64,000 nt of DNA from Candidatus Binatia bacterium (lineage in GTDB: Bacteria; Desulfobacterota; Binatia; UBA9968; JAJDTQ01). Within the stretch, counting starts at the first letter, position 1, and the number at the start of each line of letters is the position of its first letter. Both the position numbers and the translations under genes were made by a program. Below the pieces are notes generated by a model that had not been told where the DNA came from, ran no database searches, and was given only the letters and a program-made list of their open reading frames with translations. The stretch lies in assembly GCA_963666515.2 (NCBI GenBank), contig OY762897.2, forward strand, positions 3,520,001-3,584,000, written 5' to 3'. Shown in pieces: positions 33,781-44,200 of the stretch.

Positions 33781-36261
33781 ATGGACGTATCGGACAAGGA
33801 CACCGCGGAGCTCGTCGCGGACCGGCCCGTCGCCGACATCCCCGACGTCATCCCCCTCCTGCCCATCCGGGACATCGTCATCTATCCCTACATGATGATC
33901 CCGCTGTTCGTGGGGCGGGAACTCTCCATCAACGCGGTGAACGAAGCGCTGGCGCGCGACCGGCACATCTTCCTCGTGGTGCAGAAGGACCCCACGGAGG
34001 ACGCCCCGGCCGCCGGCGACCTCTACCGCGTGGGCACGGTGGCGACCATCCTGCGCATGCTGAAGCTCGACGACGGACGCGTGAAGGTCCTGGTGCAGGG
34101 GCTCACCAAGGGCGCCATCGAGTCCGTGATCAAGGAAGAGCCGTACTTCGAGGTGCGGATCGAGAAGGTCCTCGAGCCGCAGGTCATCGAGCTTTCCGTC
34201 GAGGTCGAGGCGCTCATGCGCAGCGTCAAGGAGAAGATCGAGCAGATCCTCAACCTCAAGAACCTCCCGCCCGAGATCGTGATGGTCACCGACAACGTGG
34301 TGGAGCCCGGCGTGCTCGCCGACCTGGTGGCTTCCAACCTGCGCCTCAAGATCGACGAGAGCCAGGCCATCCTGGAAATCTACGAGCCCATCGAGCGGCT
34401 CCAGAAGGTCAACGAGCTGCTCACCCGGGAGCTGGAGCTGGCCACCATGCAGGCGCGCATCCAGAACCAGGCCAAGGACGAGATGAGCAAGACCCAGCGG
34501 GAGTACTTCCTGCGGGAGCAGCTCCGGCAGATCCACCAGGAGCTGGGGGAGGGCGACGACAAGACCGAGGAGGTGAACGAGATCAAGTCGCAGATCGACA
34601 AGGCCGGGATGCCGCCGGAGGTCAAGAAGGAGGCCGCCAAGCAGCTCAAGCGGCTGGAGCAGATGCACCCGGAGTCCTCGGAGTCCTCGCTGGTAAGGAC
34701 CTACCTGGACTGGATGGTGGAGCTTCCCTGGAGCGTGAGGACCGACGACAACCTCGACCTCAAGAAGGCCAAGCGGGTCCTGGACGAGGACCACTTCAAC
34801 CTGGAGAAGATCAAGGAGCGCTTCCTCGAGTACCTCGCGGTGAACAAGCTGCGGAAGGAGATCCGCGGCCCCATCCTGTGCTTCGTGGGCCCGCCGGGGG
34901 TGGGCAAGACCTCCCTGGGGAAATCCATCGCCCGGGCGCTGGGGCGGAACTTCGTGCGCATCTCGCTGGGCGGCATCCGCGACGAGGCGGAAATCCGCGG
35001 ACACCGCCGGACCTACGTGGGCGCCCTGCCCGGCCGCATCATCCAGGGCATGAAGCAGGCCGGCTCCAGCAACCCCGTGTTCATGCTCGACGAGCTGGAC
35101 AAGCTCGGCAACGACTTCCGCGGCGACCCGTCCGCGGCCCTGCTGGAGGTGCTCGACCCGGAGCAGAACCACGCCTTCAGCGACCACTACCTGAACGTCC
35201 CGTTCGACCTCTCCAGCGTGCTGTTCATCTGCACCGCCAACCTGCTCGACACGGTGCCGCCGGCGCTGCGCGACCGCATGGAGGTCATCAACCTCTCCGG
35301 CTACACCAACGAGGAGAAGCTGGAGATCGCGCGGCGGTTCCTGATCCCCCGGCAGTTGGAGGAGGCGGGCATCTCCGGCGACCTGCTGGACGTGTCCAAT
35401 GACGCGGTGCTGCGGATCATCGAGCAATACACACGGGAAGCCGGTCTACGGAACCTCGAACGGGAGATGGCGTCCATCTGCCGCAAGGTGGCGCGCAAGG
35501 TGGCCGACGGCCGCACCGCGCGCACCCGCATCACCCGCAGGAACCTGCAGCAGTATCTCGGCCCCCCGCGGTTCCTGACCGAGACCCAGGAGCAGAACGA
35601 GATCGGCGTCGCCACGGGGCTGGCGTGGACCAGCGCCGGCGGCGAGGTGCTGCACGTCGAGGCCTCGCTGTCCAAGGGCCGCGGCAACCTCACGCTGACG
35701 GGCCAGTTGGGCGACGTCATGCGGGAATCGGCCCAGGCCGCGGTGAGCTACGCGCGCGCCCAGGCCAAGAACCTGGGGCTCGAAGAGAACTTCTACCAGA
35801 AACAGGACATCCACATTCACGTGCCGTCGGGCTCCATCCCCAAGGACGGCCCGTCCGCGGGCATCACCATGGGCACCGCGCTCATCTCCGCGCTGACCCG
35901 GCGGCCGGTGAGCCGCAACGTCGCCATGACCGGCGAGATCACGCTCCGGGGCCGGGTGCTGCCGGTGGGCGGCCTCAAGGAGAAGTGCCTGGCGGCTTTC
36001 CGCTCCGGGGTCGAGACCGTGGCCATCCCGTTCCAGAACCAGAAGGACCTGGAAGAAATCCCGCGCCCCCTGCGCAACAAGCTGCACTTCATCCTGGCGC
36101 GCAACATGAACGACGTGCTGGCGGCGGCCTTCGGCGACAAGCAGCCGGCCGGCGACGCCGCCGAGCCGCCGAAGGCGAGGGCCGCGGCCAAGCCCAAGAA
36201 GGCCGCCCGGCGCACCCGCCCCAAGCCCCCGAGGGACAGAACGGTGCCCGCCAACGCCTGA
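33781..36261 (+). CDS. lon: ATP-dependent protease La
   Basis: GPPGVGKTS, PKDGPSAG, GGLKEK. Confidence 0.98.
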   Translation: MDVSDKDTAELVADRPVADIPDVIPLLPIRDIVIYPYMMIPLFVGRELSINAVNEALARDRHIFLVVQKDPTEDAPAAGDLYRVGTVATILRMLKLDDGRVKVLVQGLTKGAIESVIKEEPYFEVRIEKVLEPQVIELSVEVEALMRSVKEKIEQILNLKNLPPEIVMVTDNVVEPGVLADLVASNLRLKIDESQAILEIYEPIERLQKVNELLTRELELATMQARIQNQAKDEMSKTQREYFLREQLRQIHQELGEGDDKTEEVNEIKSQIDKAGMPPEVKKEAAKQLKRLEQMHPESSESSLVRTYLDWMVELPWSVRTDDNLDLKKAKRVLDEDHFNLEKIKERFLEYLAVNKLRKEIRGPILCFVGPPGVGKTSLGKSIARALGRNFVRISLGGIRDEAEIRGHRRTYVGALPGRIIQGMKQAGSSNPVFMLDELDKLGNDFRGDPSAALLEVLDPEQNHAFSDHYLNVPFDLSSVLFICTANLLDTVPPALRDRMEVINLSGYTNEEKLEIARRFLIPRQLEEAGISGDLLDVSNDAVLRIIEQYTREAGLRNLEREMASICRKVARKVADGRTARTRITRRNLQQYLGPPRFLTETQEQNEIGVATGLAWTSAGGEVLHVEASLSKGRGNLTLTGQLGDVMRESAQAAVSYARAQAKNLGLEENFYQKQDIHIHVPSGSIPKDGPSAGITMGTALISALTRRPVSRNVAMTGEITLRGRVLPVGGLKEKCLAAFRSGVETVAIPFQNQKDLEEIPRPLRNKLHFILARNMNDVLAAAFGDKQPAGDAAEPPKARAAAKPKKAARRTRPKPPRDRTVPANA

Positions 36262-36302
36262 GCAATGCGGCGTCAGCGCGAGGCGCCGTCACGCACACCC
36301 CC

Positions 36303-37340
36303 ATGAGACTTCGGGACCTGGGAGAGTTCGGGTTCATCGACCTGATACAAAGGCAGACCCCGCGCAGGCGCGGCGTGCGTCTGGGCATCGGCGACGACGC
36401 CGCCCGGGTTTCCACACCCGACGACTCGCTGCTGTTCACCTCGGACCTCCTCATCGAAGGCGTCCACTTCAACCGCGACTGGATCTCCATGCGCGACCTC
36501 GGACACAAGTCCCTCACCGCCAGCCTGAGCGACATCGCCGCCATGGGCGGGCGGCCGGCGTATTTCCTGCTGTCGCTGGCGCTGCCCGACCTCGCCACGC
36601 AAACGGCGGCCGCGCTGGTCCGCGGCATCCACGCCGCGGCCGCGGAGCACCGGGTGGCGCTGGTGGGAGGCGACACCTGCGCCGCGGACCGCGTGATCAT
36701 CGACGTGTTCCTGGCCGGCTTCGCGCCCCACGGCGCGGTGACCCGCAGCGGCGCCCGGGCGGGCGACGACATCTACGTCACCGGCATGCTGGGAGACTCG
36801 GCGCTGGGCCTGGCGCTGCTCTCCGAGCCACGCACCGGGGACTCGGCATCGGGCCGGGCGCCGCTTTCCGAGCCACGCGGCACGGTCTCGGCCAGGGACC
36901 GCAACTACCTCGTGAGCAGGCACCACCGGCCCACGGCGCGGGTGAAGACCGGCATGGAGCTGGCCAGGCAAGGCTTGGCCCGGGCGATGATGGACGTGAG
37001 CGACGGGCTGGCCCAGGACCTGGAGCACATCTGCCGGGCCAGCGGCGCCGGCGCGGTGGTGTACCAGGACCGGGTGCCGCTTTCGCCCGCCTTCCGGCGG
37101 GTCGCCGGTCCGGACGACCTCGCCTGCGCGCTGGCCGGCGGCGAGGACTACGAGTTGCTGTTCACCGCCCGGAGCGACGCGCGCAAGGGGGTGGAACGGG
37201 TCGCCCGGCGCACCGGGGTCCCCATCACCCGCATCGGCGAATGCGTGCCCCGGAAGCACGGCGTCACGCTGGTGGACCCGCGGGGGGAGCGCGCGCCCTT
37301 CACGGCCCTTGGCTACGACCACTTCAAGGGGGTGGGTTAG
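36303..37340 (+). CDS. thiL: Thiamine-monophosphate kinase
   Basis: GEFGFI, GIGDDAA, SDIAAMGG, VGGDT, DVSDGL, GGEDYELLFT, GYDHF. Confidence 0.95.
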   Translation: MRLRDLGEFGFIDLIQRQTPRRRGVRLGIGDDAARVSTPDDSLLFTSDLLIEGVHFNRDWISMRDLGHKSLTASLSDIAAMGGRPAYFLLSLALPDLATQTAAALVRGIHAAAAEHRVALVGGDTCAADRVIIDVFLAGFAPHGAVTRSGARAGDDIYVTGMLGDSALGLALLSEPRTGDSASGRAPLSEPRGTVSARDRNYLVSRHHRPTARVKTGMELARQGLARAMMDVSDGLAQDLEHICRASGAGAVVYQDRVPLSPAFRRVAGPDDLACALAGGEDYELLFTARSDARKGVERVARRTGVPITRIGECVPRKHGVTLVDPRGERAPFTALGYDHFKGVG

Positions 37341-37346
37341 GCCGCC

Positions 37347-38096
37347 ATGGACGAAGAGAAGCTGACAGAACTGCTGGAAGGCGTGCGGCGCGGCGCGGTC
37401 ACGGTCGACGAAGCCCTGAAGCGGCTGGAGCACCTCCCCTTCGAGGACCTGGGGTTTGCCAAGGTGGACCATCACCGGGCCTTGCGGCAGGGGTTTCCCG
37501 AGGTCATCCTTGGGGAAGGCAAGGAAGTGCCGGACATCGCGGCCATAGCCCGGGCCATCCGCAAACGGGGCGCCAGCGTGCTCATCACCCGGCTGTCCGA
37601 AGAGAAGGTGGACGCCCTCAAGACGCGCCTCCGGGGGTTCCGCTTCCACCGCCAGGCCCGGTGCGCCACCTGGCGCCCCAAGGACGCCCCGGTCAAGGGC
37701 AAGGGGACCATCGCGGTGGTGTGCGCCGGCACCTCGGACATCCCGGTGGCCGAGGAGGCCGCGGTCACCGCCGAGATCATGGGCAACCGGGTGGAGCGGG
37801 TGTACGACGTGGGGGTGGCCGGGCTGCACCGGCTGCTGGGCCACCACCGGCAGCTCACCGAGGCGGCGCTGCTCATCGTGGTGGCGGGCATGGAGGGGGC
37901 CCTGCCCAGCGTGGTGGCCGGGCTGGTCCGGCGGCCGGTCATTGCGGTGCCCACCAGCGTCGGCTACGGCGCCAGCTTCGGCGGCCTGTCGGCGCTCCTG
38001 GCCATGCTCAACTCCTGCGCCGCGGGGGTGACGGTGGTGAACATCGACAACGGCTTCGGCGCCGGCTTCGCGGCCTCGCTGATCAACAGGGATTGA
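37347..38096 (+). CDS. larB: Nickel-pincer cofactor biosynthesis protein LarB (PurE-like)
   Basis: AGTSDIPVAEEA, AGMEGALPSVV, PTSVGYGA, VNIDNGFGA. Confidence 0.93.
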   Translation: MDEEKLTELLEGVRRGAVTVDEALKRLEHLPFEDLGFAKVDHHRALRQGFPEVILGEGKEVPDIAAIARAIRKRGASVLITRLSEEKVDALKTRLRGFRFHRQARCATWRPKDAPVKGKGTIAVVCAGTSDIPVAEEAAVTAEIMGNRVERVYDVGVAGLHRLLGHHRQLTEAALLIVVAGMEGALPSVVAGLVRRPVIAVPTSVGYGASFGGLSALLAMLNSCAAGVTVVNIDNGFGAGFAASLINRD

Positions 38097-38143
38097 CGGG
38101 CAGGGCCGGATATGGGCTAATTTCGGTAGCAGGAACGACGACA

Positions 38144-38572
38144 ATGGCGGACGAGGACAAGAAATACAGGGTTATCAGGCGGTCGTCGGAGTTGAGCATC
38201 CGGCTCTCCGGCGACTCGCTGCCTCAGCTTCTCGCGGACGCCGGGCTGGCGCTGTTCGACCTGCTGGTGGACCCGGAATCGGTGGAGGCGCGGGAGAGCG
38301 TCGCCCTGGAGGTGGAAGGGCTGGACAACGACGACCTGATGGTCAACTGGATACGGGAACTGCTCTACGAGTACCAGGCCAGCGGCTTCGTGCTGAAGGA
38401 GTTCGACATCCATGAGGCCGGGGAGTTCTTCGTGCGCGCCGAGGCGCGGGGAGAGAAATTCGACCCCGACCGCCACGAAGAGCGCGAGGCCATCGCCGCG
38501 GTTGACGAACGGCTCAGTCACTTGGGCAAGATGGGGTCCCAATGGACCGCCCAGGTAGGTTTCGAGCTGTGA
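38144..38572 (+). CDS. Archease-like protein (degenerate)
   Basis: LMVNWIRELLY and ARGEKFDPDRH match the archease pattern, but the usual HTAD and KAVTYH motifs are replaced. Confidence 0.75.
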   Translation: MADEDKKYRVIRRSSELSIRLSGDSLPQLLADAGLALFDLLVDPESVEARESVALEVEGLDNDDLMVNWIRELLYEYQASGFVLKEFDIHEAGEFFVRAEARGEKFDPDRHEEREAIAAVDERLSHLGKMGSQWTAQVGFEL

Positions 38573-38590
38573 GGCGCCAAGGGCGGCCCC

Positions 38591-39955
38591 ATGCGTGACG
38601 AGTACTCCGGGTGCTCCCTCATCGCCGACCCGATCCACCGCTACATCCCTTTCACGGTCCCGCAGAACGCCGGCGAGGTCACGGAAAAGGACCTCATCGA
38701 TTCCCCCTGGTTCCAGCGCCTCCGCTACATCTTCCAGCTTCAGAGCGCCCGCTGGGTCTATCCCTCGGCGGAGCACAGCCGCTTCCAGCACTGCCTGGGG
38801 GCCATGCACCTGGCCGGCGCCTTCGCCCGCGGCCTGTACCCCTCGCTGCGCAAGGTGCTGGGCGAAGAATGCCCTTCCGCCAACTACGTGGAAGAGTACA
38901 TGCGGGTCACCGGCCTGCTGCACGACGTGGGCCACGGCCCGTTCTGCCACTTCTTCGACAACCACTTCCTCAGCCGGCACGGCCTGATCCACGAGGACCT
39001 CTCCCAGGTCATCATCCGCGAGCACCTCGGCGACGTCATCCGCGCCATCCGCCGCAGCCCATCGGGACCCTTCGCCGAAGGCGAAATGCTCGACCCCGAG
39101 GACGTCGCCTTCCCCATCAAGAAGGACTCCGAGGACGACCCCGCCAAACCCCGGTGGCTCCGTTTCCTCCAGCCCCTGACCAACGGCATCTTCACCTTCG
39201 ACAACCTCGACTACGTGTCGCGCGATTCCTACATGTGCGGCGTGGCGGTGGGACCCGTCGACCGGGACCGGCTCATCTACTACACCTTCATCTCGCCCAA
39301 GGGGCTGACCCTGCACCGTTCCGGCGAGGGCGCCCTGACCATGTTCCTGAACGCCCGCAAGTACCTGTACGAGAACGTCTACTTCCACCGCACCACCCGG
39401 GCCATCGACGCCCACCTCCAGGAACTGTTCCCGGAGACCATGGCGCGGATCGCGCCGGGAAACCCGCTGGACCACATGGAGCAGTACCTGCACCTGACGG
39501 ACTGGTCGTTGCTGCAGGAAGTGTCCCGCTGGCGCCGGCTCGACACCCCGCTGGGGCGCGAGTGGGGGCGCATCCTCGACCGCGACCTCAAGTGGCGGCT
39601 GGCTTACGAGCGGACGCTTTCGGCCGCGGAGATGGCGAGCGGGCTCGACCTCATCGAGGTCCACGAGTGGGAGGTGCTGATCCGGGCGGCCCTGCCCCCG
39701 GAGCAGCGGGACCTGGTGTACCACGTGGACATCGCCAGCCAGGACTCGCGGCCGGAGAACCCCATGGCCATGGGCAAGAAGCAGATCCACACCTACGACC
39801 CGTCCACCGGCGCCATCACCAAGGAGTCCATGGCCGAGCTGTTCGCCTACATCCCTTCCAAGATCGTCAAGTTCCGCGTCTTCGCCCTGGACCACGACCA
39901 CGACCGGCTGCTGGCCTCCTGCACCGAGGAGGTGTTCGAGGGCGCGGGAAAGTGA
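38591..39955 (+). CDS. HD-domain phosphohydrolase (SAMHD1/dNTPase-like)
   Basis: DPIH, FQRLRYIFQL, HSRFQH, LLHDVGHGPFCH, DNLDYVSRD, VYFH. Confidence 0.9.
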   Translation: MRDEYSGCSLIADPIHRYIPFTVPQNAGEVTEKDLIDSPWFQRLRYIFQLQSARWVYPSAEHSRFQHCLGAMHLAGAFARGLYPSLRKVLGEECPSANYVEEYMRVTGLLHDVGHGPFCHFFDNHFLSRHGLIHEDLSQVIIREHLGDVIRAIRRSPSGPFAEGEMLDPEDVAFPIKKDSEDDPAKPRWLRFLQPLTNGIFTFDNLDYVSRDSYMCGVAVGPVDRDRLIYYTFISPKGLTLHRSGEGALTMFLNARKYLYENVYFHRTTRAIDAHLQELFPETMARIAPGNPLDHMEQYLHLTDWSLLQEVSRWRRLDTPLGREWGRILDRDLKWRLAYERTLSAAEMASGLDLIEVHEWEVLIRAALPPEQRDLVYHVDIASQDSRPENPMAMGKKQIHTYDPSTGAITKESMAELFAYIPSKIVKFRVFALDHDHDRLLASCTEEVFEGAGK

Positions 39956-39959
39956 GCGC

Positions 39960-40850
39960 CTACCGGAAGACCTTCGCGCGCAGCCACGCCGCGGCGTGGG
40001 CGGCCAGCACCAGCCCGCAGCCCAGCGCCACCATGGTGGGTCCCAGGGGAATGTCGAACTGGTAGCAGACCGCGAACCCGGCCACGCCGATGGCGGCGCC
40101 GGCCAGGGACGACGCGATGAAATAGGGCGCCATGCGTGACACCAGCGGCCGCACGGCGATGGGCGGCAGCACCAGGAAGCCGAAGGTGAGCAGCGGCCCG
40201 GCCATGATCACTCCCAACGCCACGGTGACCCCGGCCAGCAGGTAGAGAAGAAGGTCCCATACGGCGACGCCTCCCTTCAAGAGGACGGTGAGGTCGCGAT
40301 CGAACGACGACATCAGCAGCTCGCGGCGAAAAAGGACGAGGCACGCCATCACCACCGCATAGACCGTGCCCAGGGTGGCGAGCTCGGTCCACGACAACAC
40401 CACCGCCTCTCCCTTGACCAGACTCAGGATCGTCGCTTCGCCGAAGGGATAGAACGCCAGGAACAGGACCGTGAGCGACCCCGCCAGGGCGTAGGTCACG
40501 GCCAGGCGGGTCTCCGCGCGGCCGTTGCGGCGCGAGTCCATCAGGCCCAGGAGCACCATCCCGCCGAAGGTGAACAGCAGCGAACCGCCGTAGGCGAGCA
40601 GCCGTTCGACCTTGTGCGCGTCGCCCGACGCGTGGCCCGGATGCGGCACCAGCCCGACCTCGTGCGCGAACAACGCGAACGCCACCCCCGCGGCCGCCAG
40701 TTGCGGCAGCGTCAGGCCCAGCAGCACGCTCCGCCTGAGCACCAGAAAGCCCCCTACCACCGGACACACCAGACCCAGGACGATGCTTCCGACCACCGCG
40801 GGAAACAGCAGGAAGGACGGGCTCAGGACCTCCAGGAACGCACTCGCCAC
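39960..40850 (-). CDS. Zn/Mn ABC transporter permease (ZnuB-like)
   Basis: Multi-TM; VLRRSVLLGLTLPQLAAAGVA, DIPLGPTMV. Confidence 0.85.
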   Translation of the reverse strand: MASAFLEVLSPSFLLFPAVVGSIVLGLVCPVVGGFLVLRRSVLLGLTLPQLAAAGVAFALFAHEVGLVPHPGHASGDAHKVERLLAYGGSLLFTFGGMVLLGLMDSRRNGRAETRLAVTYALAGSLTVLFLAFYPFGEATILSLVKGEAVVLSWTELATLGTVYAVVMACLVLFRRELLMSSFDRDLTVLLKGGVAVWDLLLYLLAGVTVALGVIMAGPLLTFGFLVLPPIAVRPLVSRMAPYFIASSLAGAAIGVAGFAVCYQFDIPLGPTMVALGCGLVLAAHAAAWLRAKVFR

Positions 40851-40860
40851 GCCCGCACCC

Positions 40861-41535
40861 CTACGCCTGCCCGTGCTCGTGCACGCCGCCGTCGGCAAGG
40901 CGGAGCACCCGTCCGCAGGTCCAGTCGAGGATATCGCTGTCGTGGCTGGAGAGGACGATGGTCGTCCGCAACCCGCGGTTGAGATCGACCAGTTGTCGCG
41001 CGATGTCTTCGCGGGCGTTCCGGTCCACGCCGGCGAAAGGCTCATCGAGAAGCAGCAATGCCGGATCCACGGTCAGCGCCCGTGCGATGAGCGCCCGCTG
41101 GCGCTGACCGCCCGAGAGGTGGAAAAACACCGCTCGCCGGAGCCGGGCCAGCCCTACCCGCTCCAGAGCCGCATCGACCCGTTGGCGCTCGTGTCCGGAG
41201 AATCGCCGCCAGGGACGCAGCCGGCCGTAGGCCCCCATGGCCGCCACCTCCCACACGGTCAAGGGGAAGTAGGCGTCGAGGGAGGCGTGCTGGGGTACGT
41301 AGCCGAGACGGGCGCGCGGAAGGCGCCGTTCCACGCTGCCGCCGCGCGGCGGGAGCAGGCCCAGCATGGACCGGAGGAGGGTGGTCTTGCCGGAGCCGTT
41401 GGCTCCCGCCAACCCGACGAATTCACCGGCATCGATGCGCAGGTGGACATCGTCGAGCACCGTCTCGGCGCCATACCCCAGCGACGCGTGCTGCAGCACA
41501 AGGACCGGGCGCGCGGACCCGTCGCCCGCGGTCAC
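40861..41535 (-). CDS. Zn/Mn ABC transporter ATPase (ZnuC-like)
   Basis: GANGSGKTT, GYVPQ, LSGGQRQR, LLDEP, SSHD. Confidence 0.9.
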   Translation of the reverse strand: MTAGDGSARPVLVLQHASLGYGAETVLDDVHLRIDAGEFVGLAGANGSGKTTLLRSMLGLLPPRGGSVERRLPRARLGYVPQHASLDAYFPLTVWEVAAMGAYGRLRPWRRFSGHERQRVDAALERVGLARLRRAVFFHLSGGQRQRALIARALTVDPALLLLDEPFAGVDRNAREDIARQLVDLNRGLRTTIVLSSHDSDILDWTCGRVLRLADGGVHEHGQA

Positions 41536-42455
41536 CGGCCGGCCGCCTCCGACAGGCGGGTGACGAGATGGTCGATGAACTTGATGTAGGTTTCGACCCC
41601 CGGGCCGCCCGCGTACAGCGGCACCTGCACGAGCCTGGCGCCGGTCTCCCGGGCGACGCGTCGCGGCACCCTGGGCGGATGCGTGCCGTACACCACCAGC
41701 GGGACCCGCGCGGCCTTCATCCGCTCGACCAGTTGGACGATGTGCGCCGGCGTCGGCCCGATGCCGGCCGCCAGTTCCAGGGTGCCGAACAGCCGCATGC
41801 CGTAGCGCTTGGCGAAATAGGCCATGTCGTCGTGGTAGCTGACAAACTGGACGCCGTCGAGGCCCCGGGCCGTCTTCTGCCACTCGGGTATGCGCCGGTC
41901 CAGCTCCGCGACGTAAGCCTGCAGGTTCTTCATGAAGAAGGGGCGGTGCTCGCCGTGGGCCTTCGACAGGCCTTCGGCGATGTTCCGCGCAATCAGCTTT
42001 CCCAGGACCGGGTCCAGGTTGTAGTGGGGATTGCCCCTCGGATGGATGTCGCCAGCCTTTCGCGAATAGGTCTTGGGCGGCTTCAGGGGCACGATACCCG
42101 CGGAGGTATCGATATGGCCGATCCCTCCGCGAGAGATTCGCGGGTTGGCGGCCACGTCGAGCAGCGCCGGCAGGAATGCATGCTCCAGCGCCAGCCCCAT
42201 CAGCACCACCGCATCCGCGCGGTTGAGCCGGGTGACCATGCTGGGTTTCACCTGGACGCTGTGGATGTCCCGGACGCCGAGGGTGAGACTCTCGACCGAA
42301 ACCCGCTCCTTGCCGATCTGCCGGGTGATGTCGGCCAGATCCGGGATGGTGGCGACCACCCGGATATTCTCGGCCGCGGCCGAACCGACGACCGCCAGGA
42401 CCAGCGACAGGGTGAGGGCCGCCAGCGGCCACTGCCGTGTGAACGTGCTCGTCAT
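41532..42455 (-). CDS. Zn/Mn ABC substrate-binding protein (ZnuA/TroA-like)
   Basis: Signal peptide; DIH, GNPHYNLDP, YHDD, PTPAH. Confidence 0.9.
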   Translation of the reverse strand: MTSTFTRQWPLAALTLSLVLAVVGSAAAENIRVVATIPDLADITRQIGKERVSVESLTLGVRDIHSVQVKPSMVTRLNRADAVVLMGLALEHAFLPALLDVAANPRISRGGIGHIDTSAGIVPLKPPKTYSRKAGDIHPRGNPHYNLDPVLGKLIARNIAEGLSKAHGEHRPFFMKNLQAYVAELDRRIPEWQKTARGLDGVQFVSYHDDMAYFAKRYGMRLFGTLELAAGIGPTPAHIVQLVERMKAARVPLVVYGTHPPRVPRRVARETGARLVQVPLYAGGPGVETYIKFIDHLVTRLSEAAGR

Positions 42456-42558
42456 GGAAACTCTCCCCTGGCGCTCTTTCCAGGCGGGGATGCGCTGCGT
42501 TCGTCCCGGAGCCGGCCCCCGCCATGCCGGCCCCGGTGTCTCGTCCGGTTAACCGGCG

Positions 42559-43872
42559 CTAGCGCCGTTCACGAAAACCGTGCGTATGGCTGCCGAGAAC
42601 GGTGGTCCACTGGAGGTAGACCTGGGGGCCCTCGTGCCCGGCCGCTTCGCCGACGTCGTCCCACCCGTGGGTGTACTGGAGACGCAGGCGGTTGAACTCG
42701 CTCGGCGACCATGAAACGTACGGCGAAAGACTCAGCGTCTTGTCGGAGGGATGCTCCGGGTCGGGCGCGGAATCCACCAAGAGGCCCAGGCTCCATTTGC
42801 CCGGAAACTCCGGATTGAAGTCCACGTTGGCGTACGCGTAGCCGCCGCGGGCGGTCACCTCTCCGGCGTCGTGGAAGTGCTGGCGGTTGACGAACCACTC
42901 GCCCGCGATGGTGAGCCCTTCGTAGAGACCGGCCACCAGGGGCCGGTGCCGAAGCGTCACGTCAGCGCCCAGCAGCGCGCGCCGGCTATCTTCCTCTCCC
43001 GTCTCCGTCGCCGGCGTGAACGCCAGCGAGGAACCGACCTCGATGTTCCAGGTTTCGCTCAGGTCGAAAAAGGCCTGCAGCCGGCCCAGGTAGGTCAGGT
43101 TCTTGAGGGACCGACTTCCGCCTTCATCGTCGTCGTCGTCGTCCTCCCCGTTATCGTCGTGATCGTCATCCTCCCCGTGATCGTCGTGATCATCCTCCCC
43201 GTTATCGTCATGTTCGTGGGAGTGCCCGATCTCGTTGAACGCCCCGCCGGTCAGGGAGAGATAGAACGGGGTCGGGAAGAGGTAGCGCCACTGGACGCCC
43301 GTGCCTATCGACTCGCCGCCGGCCAGACGATTCATGGACAGGGGCGTGTTGACGAACGGAAGCTCGTGCTGGTGAAACTGTGTCAGACGGCCGAAGTCCG
43401 CGAAAAAGCGCCCGGCGGTCACGTTGATCGGCAGAGCCGTCGTCTGCACGGCCGCCTCTTCGATCTCGATTCCATCTTCCGTGCCGGTGATGAACGCGTA
43501 GGCCCTTCCATACGGGTCGATCTCGGCCGACAGACCGAGCTCCGCCGACCGCAACTTGAATTCGCCGTCGGCGTCGTCCCGATGCTCGAAGGTCGTGTCG
43601 ATGGCCATGCCGATGGACGGATTCAGGATCGAAGGACTCTCCTGGACCGCCTTCACGGACTGCTCGACCGAAGTCACACGTTCGGCCTCGGCCTTCTTCC
43701 GATCGAGCTCCTCGATGCGCTTCATCAACTCGTTCATTTCCTGCTGCATCTCGCCCAGTTGCTTCTTGAGCGCCTCCACCGGTTCCTGCCCGGCCGCGGA
43801 GCCCGAAAACCCGCATGACAGCAGGAACGCCATGCACCCGAGAACCACCCTCTTCGTCACGAAAGCCTTCAT
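42559..43872 (-). CDS. Putative metal-regulated outer-membrane beta-barrel with His/Asp-rich loop
   Basis: Signal peptide, N-terminal coiled coil, NPSIG, IDPY, HDDNGEDD repeats, SEFNRLRLQY, C-terminal GSHTHGF; heads the metal ABC operon. Confidence 0.75.
   Translation of the reverse strand: MKAFVTKRVVLGCMAFLLSCGFSGSAAGQEPVEALKKQLGEMQQEMNELMKRIEELDRKKAEAERVTSVEQSVKAVQESPSILNPSIGMAIDTTFEHRDDADGEFKLRSAELGLSAEIDPYGRAYAFITGTEDGIEIEEAAVQTTALPINVTAGRFFADFGRLTQFHQHELPFVNTPLSMNRLAGGESIGTGVQWRYLFPTPFYLSLTGGAFNEIGHSHEHDDNGEDDHDDHGEDDDHDDNGEDDDDDDEGGSRSLKNLTYLGRLQAFFDLSETWNIEVGSSLAFTPATETGEEDSRRALLGADVTLRHRPLVAGLYEGLTIAGEWFVNRQHFHDAGEVTARGGYAYANVDFNPEFPGKWSLGLLVDSAPDPEHPSDKTLSLSPYVSWSPSEFNRLRLQYTHGWDDVGEAAGHEGPQVYLQWTTVLGSHTHGFRERR
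43124..43227 (-). repeat. Low-complexity His/Asp/Glu coding repeats
   Basis: HSHEHDDNGEDDHDDHGEDDDHDDNGEDDDDDDE. Confidence 0.8.
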
Positions 43873-43909
43873 AGAGTCTCCTTCCGGTAGGCGCCGCATG
43901 AATTCCACC

Positions 43910-44010
43910 ATATGTTAATAAGAAATCAATATCAGATGAATGGCGACTTTTTCAACACACGTAATTGGTCAGGAAGACTTTTATAATCTATTGATAAAAT
44001 AATCTCAATA
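43910..44010. promoter_or_regulatory. AT-rich control region with Fur/Zur-box-like sites
   Basis: TAATAAGAAATCAATATCAGAT and ATTGATAAAATAATCTCAAT resemble Fur-family boxes; upstream of the metal uptake operon; Fur-family gene nearby. Confidence 0.55.
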
Positions 44011-44200
44011 GGTGCCAGCCCCTCGTCCTGCTTCGGCGACGCCCCGAATCGCCTTTGCCTCCATGGCGTGTCGTACAGTATAGTTGGTGAGCCAGCGTGC
44101 CGGAGAGGAGCACGGACCCGCGTCTTCGCCCCGGACCACGCCACGACCGGCTGCTGGCCTCCTGCACCGAAGAGGTGTTCCAGGGCGCGGAAAAACGAGG

